A stretch of 64,000 bases of DNA from contig OZ244197.1 in the NCBI GenBank assembly GCA_965216785.1, positions 1,408,001-1,472,000 on the forward strand, in the 5' to 3' direction. This document shows positions 58,418 through 64,000 of this stretch, one piece after another (position 1 is the stretch's first letter; every line of letters starts with the position of its first letter). Both the position numbers and the translations under genes were made by a program. This DNA comes from Thermodesulfobacteriota bacterium. GTDB lineage: Bacteria; Desulfobacterota_D; UBA1144; Nemesobacterales; UBA2774. The notes beneath the pieces are model-generated. The model was given only the letters and a program-made list of their open reading frames with translations, did not search any database and had not been told where the DNA came from.

Positions 58418-59737
58418 ATGACAGACTCGAGCGGCTCACATAAAAAGCTTTTATTTAACGCCTCTTGGCTTTTCGGCGGGAAAACAGCCTCTGGCATATT
58501 CAACGCGCTACAGGTTATCATCCTTGCCAGGATACTCGGGGTTGCCGACTACGGCCTCCTGGTCCTAGTAATCTCATACATCGACATACTAAACCAGTTC
58601 TTCGACCTGCGCGTCTGGGAAACAGCGACCAAGTACATCGGCACTTACTGGGAAAAGGGCGAGCTCGACAAGACCCGCGCCATGATAAAGCTCTCCTACC
58701 TTCTGGACATATCGACCGGTATATTCGCTTTCATTATCGCCGTCGTCACAGCCAAGCTTATCAGCACTTATATCATCAAGTCTCCAGACGCCTACGTGTA
58801 TATCTGGATCTACTCACTCAGCCTCTTTATAAGTACGGCGAATTCTACATCCAATGCAATCCTTAGAGTGTTCGACAAATTCAAGACCATAGCGTTTATA
58901 GGCTCTATCCAAAACCTCATCAAGCTCGTACTCGTAGCGGCGGTTCTGTTTGGTGGATACGGTATTAAAGCCGTTTTAGTGGTATTTGTCGCCGTAAGCT
59001 TTTTCGGGTTTTTCATAAGAATTTGGGTAGTTCTCGGCATATTGAGTGAAAAAGGTCTCGGTGGCTTCTGGAATTCGAGTATCAGGCTCATCAGGGACCA
59101 GTGGAGGGGGATTGCGTGGTTCCTGGGCAATACGAGCTTTATGGCTACGATCAGGATCGGGAACGACAGGCTCATCGGGACGATGGTTTTAGGTTATTTT
59201 GCTGGCAAAGAAGCTGTAGGGTTCTACGACGTCGCGGGCTCGATCGCTAAATTCATAAAACGCATCGTGGACCCTCTGAACGAGGCTATTTACCCAGAGC
59301 TTGTAAAGATATCCTCAAATAACAGTGTTAATGAGATACGCAGCATAGTTGCCTATTCCACAAGGAACCTGATGAAGATCATTGTTCCTGTCTCCGTGAT
59401 CGCTATCATCTTCGCGGATTTCATTGTGGGGCTTTTATTCGGCGAGCAGTACCTGCCCGCCTCAAACGCTCTTCGTATCATCGCTGCTGCGGCTGTTTTA
59501 GCCAGGGCTACGTTCTGGATTAATTCAGTACTCCTTGCCCTCGGTAGACCTGGGCTAAGAACTGTGCTCGGTCTTGCAACCACTTTCGTATACCTCGTGC
59601 TACTTTTCCTACTCGTGCCCGCTTACTCCTACATAGGGGCGGCGGCAGCGCTCCTTGGGTTCTCGATCTTCAAATCTCTTTTTGCCTATTACCTCTACCA
59701 GGACTCCATAAAGACTATGGAGCGCAACAGCGCCTAA
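58418..59737 (+). CDS. Polysaccharide flippase (Wzx/MOP family)
   Basis: LARILG..DYG, many TM segments, AVGFY..A, LFGEQY.PA, YIGAA.A. Confidence 0.88.
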   Translation: MTDSSGSHKKLLFNASWLFGGKTASGIFNALQVIILARILGVADYGLLVLVISYIDILNQFFDLRVWETATKYIGTYWEKGELDKTRAMIKLSYLLDISTGIFAFIIAVVTAKLISTYIIKSPDAYVYIWIYSLSLFISTANSTSNAILRVFDKFKTIAFIGSIQNLIKLVLVAAVLFGGYGIKAVLVVFVAVSFFGFFIRIWVVLGILSEKGLGGFWNSSIRLIRDQWRGIAWFLGNTSFMATIRIGNDRLIGTMVLGYFAGKEAVGFYDVAGSIAKFIKRIVDPLNEAIYPELVKISSNNSVNEIRSIVAYSTRNLMKIIVPVSVIAIIFADFIVGLLFGEQYLPASNALRIIAAAAVLARATFWINSVLLALGRPGLRTVLGLATTFVYLVLLFLLVPAYSYIGAAAALLGFSIFKSLFAYYLYQDSIKTMERNSA

Positions 59738-59839
59738 GAAGAGAATATCCCTAGGATTCCGTCTAAATAATATTGTATATCATTCATAAAAAATGTTATC
59801 ATTGCACATAAATTATTATATATAAAAAGAAGGAGCAGG

Positions 59840-59978
59840 CTTCTCGTTCCGCAGCTAAACGGTGTTCTGAACGAAAGACCCATCCCGACATTCAGTCAGT
59901 GGGGGGCTGATCGCGATGGCCGGGCTAATAGGAATTTTTGGATTGCTAACTATACGTGCAAGGAAAACGGATGCATAA
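59840..59978 (+). pseudogene. Remnant of an IPTL-CTERM sorting-signal gene, frameshifted in a G6 run
   Basis: Translates ...LNERPIPTFSQWG, then after removing one G, LIAMAGLIGIFGLLTIRARKTDA*; no start codon or passenger domain upstream. Confidence 0.72.
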
Positions 59979-60001
59979 TTAATATATGTTTCATCCAGTC
60001 C

Positions 60002-60033
60002 CCCCCCTTATCCTCCTTTATCTGCAAGGGGGG
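60002..60033. repeat. CCCCCCTT...AAGGGGGG palindromic (REP-like) element
   Basis: 8-bp inverted repeat, 60002-60009 with 60026-60033. Confidence 0.5.
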
Positions 60034-60044
60034 CACATAGGAAT

Positions 60045-60075
60045 AAGAAGGGAGCTCAGGCTCCCTTCTTTTTTT
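60045..60075 (+). terminator. Rho-independent terminator
   Basis: AAGAAGGGAGC-TCAG-GCTCCCTTCTT 11-bp stem followed by a T run. Confidence 0.85.
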
Positions 60076-60167
60076 ATACCCCGTAACTAATGGGCATCTC
60101 CTGAAAAACCTATTGAAATCACCATTGAAGCATATAAATTTTAACTATTCATTAGTAGGCAGGGAAA

Positions 60168-60803
60168 ATGCTTATATCCGAGTCAAAGAAGTTTCTTTTC
60201 GTACATATCCAAAAGACCGCGGGTAGGAGTTTTGAGGCGGTTTTGAAGGACAATATACCGGACCTTAAAAGTCTTCCCGGTACTCATGACCACGCCGCCT
60301 GGGTAAAGGACGATCTCGGAGACATTTGGGACGAGTTATATAAAGTCGCGTTTGTCAGAAACCCCTGGGACAGGCTTGTTTCCTGGTATGCGATGTTTCA
60401 GAGAAAAGGCAATACTACCTGGTATAAGCGTGTGACGGGACTTGGTAACTACAATAAAATAAGGCAATACGTGCTCGACAATACAAATTCGTTTGATGAG
60501 TTTATCTATAAATGCACGGATATTATTGAAGACTCCGACGGCAAAAAGAGTTTTTTGTATAACCAGCTTGATTACGTAAGCGATGCGGAAGGAGAAGTGA
60601 TGGTGGACTATATCGGCAGGTTTGAGAATATTGTCGAAGACACGGGCGTAGTATTCAAAAAGCTATGCATCGAGGGAGCTTCACTCCCCCATAAGAACAT
60701 CTCTGAGCACAGAAACTACCGAACGTATTACACTGACGAGACTAGAGACATCGTTGCTGAGCGTTACGCAAGGGACATTGAGTATTTCGGTTATGAATTT
60801 TAA
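60168..60803 (+). CDS. Sulfotransferase family 2 protein
   Basis: FVHIQKTAG (5'-PSB), FVRNPWDRLVSWY (3'-PB), IGRFEN, Y..DIEYFGYEF. Confidence 0.9.
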   Translation: MLISESKKFLFVHIQKTAGRSFEAVLKDNIPDLKSLPGTHDHAAWVKDDLGDIWDELYKVAFVRNPWDRLVSWYAMFQRKGNTTWYKRVTGLGNYNKIRQYVLDNTNSFDEFIYKCTDIIEDSDGKKSFLYNQLDYVSDAEGEVMVDYIGRFENIVEDTGVVFKKLCIEGASLPHKNISEHRNYRTYYTDETRDIVAERYARDIEYFGYEF

Positions 60804-60856
60804 TAGATCAGCTCTATCTCAGGTAAACTCTCCTTTTATAAATAACCCATAACACC

Positions 60857-62059
60857 ATGAACCCAATATCAGCACTCATTGTCGCCTACAGGGCAATCGC
60901 CTCCAACAAAATCAGGTCGGTACTTACGACGCTTGGAATAATCATAGGCGTTGCTACGGTTATCGCGCTCGTTGCTCTCACATCAGGGGCAAAGCAGATG
61001 ATAGAGGAGCAGCTCACGGGGCTTGGAAGTAAATCCCTCAGCATAAAGAGCGGTAAGAGGGGAATAGGCGCTCAGGAAGACGCCCCAATTCTCACGGTCG
61101 GGGACGCCGAAGCCGTAGAGGAGCTTGACGTTATAGAGCGTATAACCCCCCTATTGAACAAGAGCGAGCTTGCGGCTGCCGACAATAAAAGCTGGTATAC
61201 GATCGTGCTCGGCACTTCCCCTGATTACATATACATAAACGACTGGTTCCCCGAGCACGGCAGCTTCTTTAATGATCTGGACCTCTCAAATGCCGAAAGG
61301 GTCGCGGTTCTGGGTAAAACGGTCGCTAAGAACCTATATGGCTATCAGGACCCTATAGGGCAGAACGTAAGGATAGGAAACAGCTCTTTTAAAGTGATAG
61401 GTATAATGAGTTCCCTCGGGCAGACTTCGAGCGGAAAAGACCAGGACGATATAATCCTCATCCCATTTAAGACTTTCCAAAAAAGGATTGAGGGAGTAAC
61501 AAATATAAAAACAATCGCTGCCTCTGTAAAAAACCAGGAAGATCTGCAGCTCGCAGAAGCCCAGATACTCGATCTGCTGCTTGAGCGTCATAAAGTCGGC
61601 CGTGATGAAAAAAACCCTTTTTATGTAAGGACACAGACCACCGTGATCGAAAGGATCGTCACTATCTCGCAGATCATGACAATTCTCCTCGGCAGTATCG
61701 CGTCGATATCCCTTGTGGTCGGAGGCATCGGGATTATGAATATCATGCTCGTCTCGGTAGGGGAGCGTACAAGAGAGATCGGTATCAGAATCGCTGTCGG
61801 CGCCAAGGAAAAAGATATACTCGTTCAATTTCTCATAGAGGCTGTGCTTATCTCGCTAGTGGGTGGTTTTATAGGGATTTTCCTGGGTATAGCGGGCTCT
61901 CAGATAGCCTCGTACTTCACAGGCTGGCCTAGTGTTATATCCTTTAATATGGTCTTTATCTCATTTGGATTTGCGGCTTTTATAGGGATTTTCTTCGGCA
62001 TTTACCCCGCGAGAAAAGCTTCCAAGCTAGACCCCATAGAAGCGCTAAGGTATGAGTAG
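60857..62059 (+). CDS. MacB/FtsX-type ABC transporter permease
   Basis: RSVLTTLGIIIGVA, VGGIGIMNIMLVSV.ERTREIGIR.A.GA, PARKASKLDPIEALRYE. Confidence 0.94.
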   Translation: MNPISALIVAYRAIASNKIRSVLTTLGIIIGVATVIALVALTSGAKQMIEEQLTGLGSKSLSIKSGKRGIGAQEDAPILTVGDAEAVEELDVIERITPLLNKSELAAADNKSWYTIVLGTSPDYIYINDWFPEHGSFFNDLDLSNAERVAVLGKTVAKNLYGYQDPIGQNVRIGNSSFKVIGIMSSLGQTSSGKDQDDIILIPFKTFQKRIEGVTNIKTIAASVKNQEDLQLAEAQILDLLLERHKVGRDEKNPFYVRTQTTVIERIVTISQIMTILLGSIASISLVVGGIGIMNIMLVSVGERTREIGIRIAVGAKEKDILVQFLIEAVLISLVGGFIGIFLGIAGSQIASYFTGWPSVISFNMVFISFGFAAFIGIFFGIYPARKASKLDPIEALRYE

Positions 62060-62079
62060 GTAGAGAATTCCCAACGTAT

Positions 62080-63201
62080 ATGAATAAGTATCTTAAGAAC
62101 TTTCTGTTAATTATAGTTTCAGTTCTCATTGCGCTCCTGATAGCTGAGGGCGCCGCCAGGCTGGTATACGACCCGATTGATTTCCTAAAACCGGTAACTC
62201 AAAGGGACGAGGTGCTCAGGTACAGGATCGAGCCCGGCTCCGGGGCTCATGACGACTGGGGCTTTAGGAATAGGAGCGTGCCGGAAACAGCGGACATTAT
62301 TGCCATTGGCGACTCACAGACATATGGAATAAGCGCCCAGGCCCAAAGCTCCTGGCCATCTCAACTGAAGGGCCAAAGCGGAAAGTCCGTCTATAACCTT
62401 TCCCTTCCGGGTTACGGCCCCGCCGAGTACCTGCTGTTAATGAAAGATAAAGCCCTTACATTAAAACCCGAGACTATAGTTGCGGGTTTTTATCTGGGAA
62501 ATGACTTAAAAGACTCTTTCACTGCTGTGTACACAGTCCCGGCATGGGAAGGACTAAGAGACCCCGGGGCCGCTTCGGCCCTGCCGGATGATTTACCTGT
62601 TTCAAAGAAGATTGACTCCCCGGGCTTGGCCGACTGGCTCTCCGCGAACAGCGTGCTTTACAGGCTTGTAAGCTCATCTGTTATCGGCGATAACCTGAGA
62701 CAGCGAAGAAGGATTGCGAGGGGCGAAGAGATTGTAATGCTAAGTGGCGAGGAGCACGGAATAAGCACCGGTTTTACTCCCGACAGGAGGCTTAAGGGTC
62801 TTGACCCGGATAATCCTCAGGTTATCGAGGGTCTTAGCCTGTCTATGGAGTTTTTTAATCGGATGAATACTATTGCTAAAGAGAGCGGAATTGGATTCTT
62901 AGTTGTCATAATTCCGACAAAGGAGAGCGTATTCGCGGGGTTGATAGAGGGGAACGAGTCTCTTGCAGCAAGTGAAAAAATTGACCGCCTGATATCGAAT
63001 GAGCGCGAGGTGAACAAAACTGCCAAAAGATACTTCGCAGATCACGGAATAGAGTATGTGGACGCGCTTCCCGCCCTTCAAAAGGGCTCATTAAATGAGC
63101 AGATCTATCCTTCTAATTTTGGCGGGCACGCGAATAAAAACGGCTACCGCATTATAGCGGAGACTGTAAACGAGAAGCTCAAAGACCTATCTCAGGATTA
63201 A
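62080..63201 (+). CDS. Membrane-anchored SGNH-type hydrolase/acyltransferase
   Basis: N-terminal TM; WGFRN, IGDSQTYG, GND, GHAN..GY. Confidence 0.75.
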   Translation: MNKYLKNFLLIIVSVLIALLIAEGAARLVYDPIDFLKPVTQRDEVLRYRIEPGSGAHDDWGFRNRSVPETADIIAIGDSQTYGISAQAQSSWPSQLKGQSGKSVYNLSLPGYGPAEYLLLMKDKALTLKPETIVAGFYLGNDLKDSFTAVYTVPAWEGLRDPGAASALPDDLPVSKKIDSPGLADWLSANSVLYRLVSSSVIGDNLRQRRRIARGEEIVMLSGEEHGISTGFTPDRRLKGLDPDNPQVIEGLSLSMEFFNRMNTIAKESGIGFLVVIIPTKESVFAGLIEGNESLAASEKIDRLISNEREVNKTAKRYFADHGIEYVDALPALQKGSLNEQIYPSNFGGHANKNGYRIIAETVNEKLKDLSQD

Positions 63202-63274
63202 AAAACTTACAGTAAAACTCCAATTACTTGCTTATTTACATACACGCAGTCTGATTTTATAATTCTCACTCCTT

Positions 63275-63889
63275 ATGACAAGAATAAAAATATGCGGAAT
63301 TACGAATATTGAGGACGCGCTGCTTGCATCCAATCTTGGCGCGGACGCTCTTGGGTTCATATTCTATCCCGAAAGCAAAAGGTTCATCGAGCCGGAGAGA
63401 GCGGGTGAAATTATATCCTCGCTCCCTCCATTCATCACGACTGTAGGAGTGTTTGTAAACCAGGGCCTGGATGAGATTAACTCTGTAAGGGATAAAACCG
63501 GCATCGGCCTGGTCCAGCTCCACGGGGACGAGTCGCCCGAATTTTGCGCGGAGCTTCCATTTAATGCCGTAAAGGCGCTCAGGATAAAAGAGCCCTCGGA
63601 CATTGCCAGGGTTGAACTTTATCCCCAGGAAGCTATCCTCTTTGACAAGTATTCGGATGACGCATACGGGGGTACGGGCGAGAGTTTTACCTGGGACTGG
63701 CTACAAGATTTAAAGACCACAAAGAGCATTATTCTTTCCGGCGGCTTAACGCCTGATAACGTAGGTGAGGCCATTGGCAAAGTAAGCCCCTATGCGGTTG
63801 ACGTTAGCTCCGGTGTTGAGGGTTCTCCCGGTAATAAGAATGCTGATAAAATGAGACAATTTATACAGGCGGTGAGATTTGGGAACTAA
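63275..63889 (+). CDS. trpF: Phosphoribosylanthranilate isomerase
   Basis: [37 protein letters not shown]. Confidence 0.97.
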   Translation: MTRIKICGITNIEDALLASNLGADALGFIFYPESKRFIEPERAGEIISSLPPFITTVGVFVNQGLDEINSVRDKTGIGLVQLHGDESPEFCAELPFNAVKALRIKEPSDIARVELYPQEAILFDKYSDDAYGGTGESFTWDWLQDLKTTKSIILSGGLTPDNVGEAIGKVSPYAVDVSSGVEGSPGNKNADKMRQFIQAVRFGN

Positions 63890-64000
63890 GACTACATATC
63901 CGGACGAGCTCGGTCATTACGGAATATTCGGTGGCCGCTACGTTTCAGAGACACTCATGCCCGCAATTCTTCAATTAAACGAGGCGTATGCGGAAATTAA
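63879..64000 (+). CDS. trpB: Tryptophan synthase beta chain, N-terminus (3'-truncated by the window)
   Basis: From TTG 63879: [29 protein letters not shown]...; overlaps the trpF stop. Confidence 0.9.
   Translation, partial: MGTKTTYPDELGHYGIFGGRYVSETLMPAILQLNEAYAEI

Noticed and set aside
59809-60075. CsrB/RsmZ-like or 6S RNA
   Set aside because: GGA motifs are few and mostly not in hairpin loops, there is no 6S-like rod, and the IPTL-CTERM coding remnant explains the sequence better.
598-63603. Numerous short ORFs nested in or antisense to the called genes (for example 28441..29088, 47956..48600, 11130..11720)
   Set aside because: They overlap well-supported conserved genes, lack recognisable motifs, and show the Ser/Phe/Leu-rich composition of shadow frames.

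Overview
Bacterial chromosomal window of mostly housekeeping genes. No CRISPR array, transposase or prophage was seen. From left to right: glcD(partial)-glcE-DUF3891-glcF; two lipoproteins and a Lit-like membrane enzyme; nhaA; a luciferase-like monooxygenase; a stand-alone secretin N0 domain; an acyl-CoA thioesterase; mscS; a REC-PAS-GGDEF cyclase and a hybrid kinase, both behind sigma54-like promoters; pepF, yqeY, hpt, tyrS; a tRNA-Ile2/zinc-ribbon/rnhA/rnpB unit; a GspC/PilP-like-SLT fusion; thiD, folD, folK with a DnaA-box/IHF cluster next to it; moxR, secA, smc, a multidomain J-protein, ppiD; the F420 genes cofD-cofG-cofH; rimO with an atypical clpX; xerC-hslVU and argBDF split by two inserted genes; a 10xLysM-NlpC/P60 hydrolase; a surface-glycan cluster; trpF-trpB(partial). 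The delta-proteobacterial-type gene order, F420 genes and an IPTL-CTERM sorting signal suggest a Desulfobacterota-related lineage such as Ca. Dadabacteria (inference only). The most notable signals missed by the ORF track are a 108-codon ORF that appears to start at ATC, a frameshifted IPTL-CTERM remnant inside its own transcription unit, a phased DnaA-box array, a Thermotoga-type insert in SecA, and a structured 230-nt leader on the LysM gene. All family calls come from motif recognition, not database searches.
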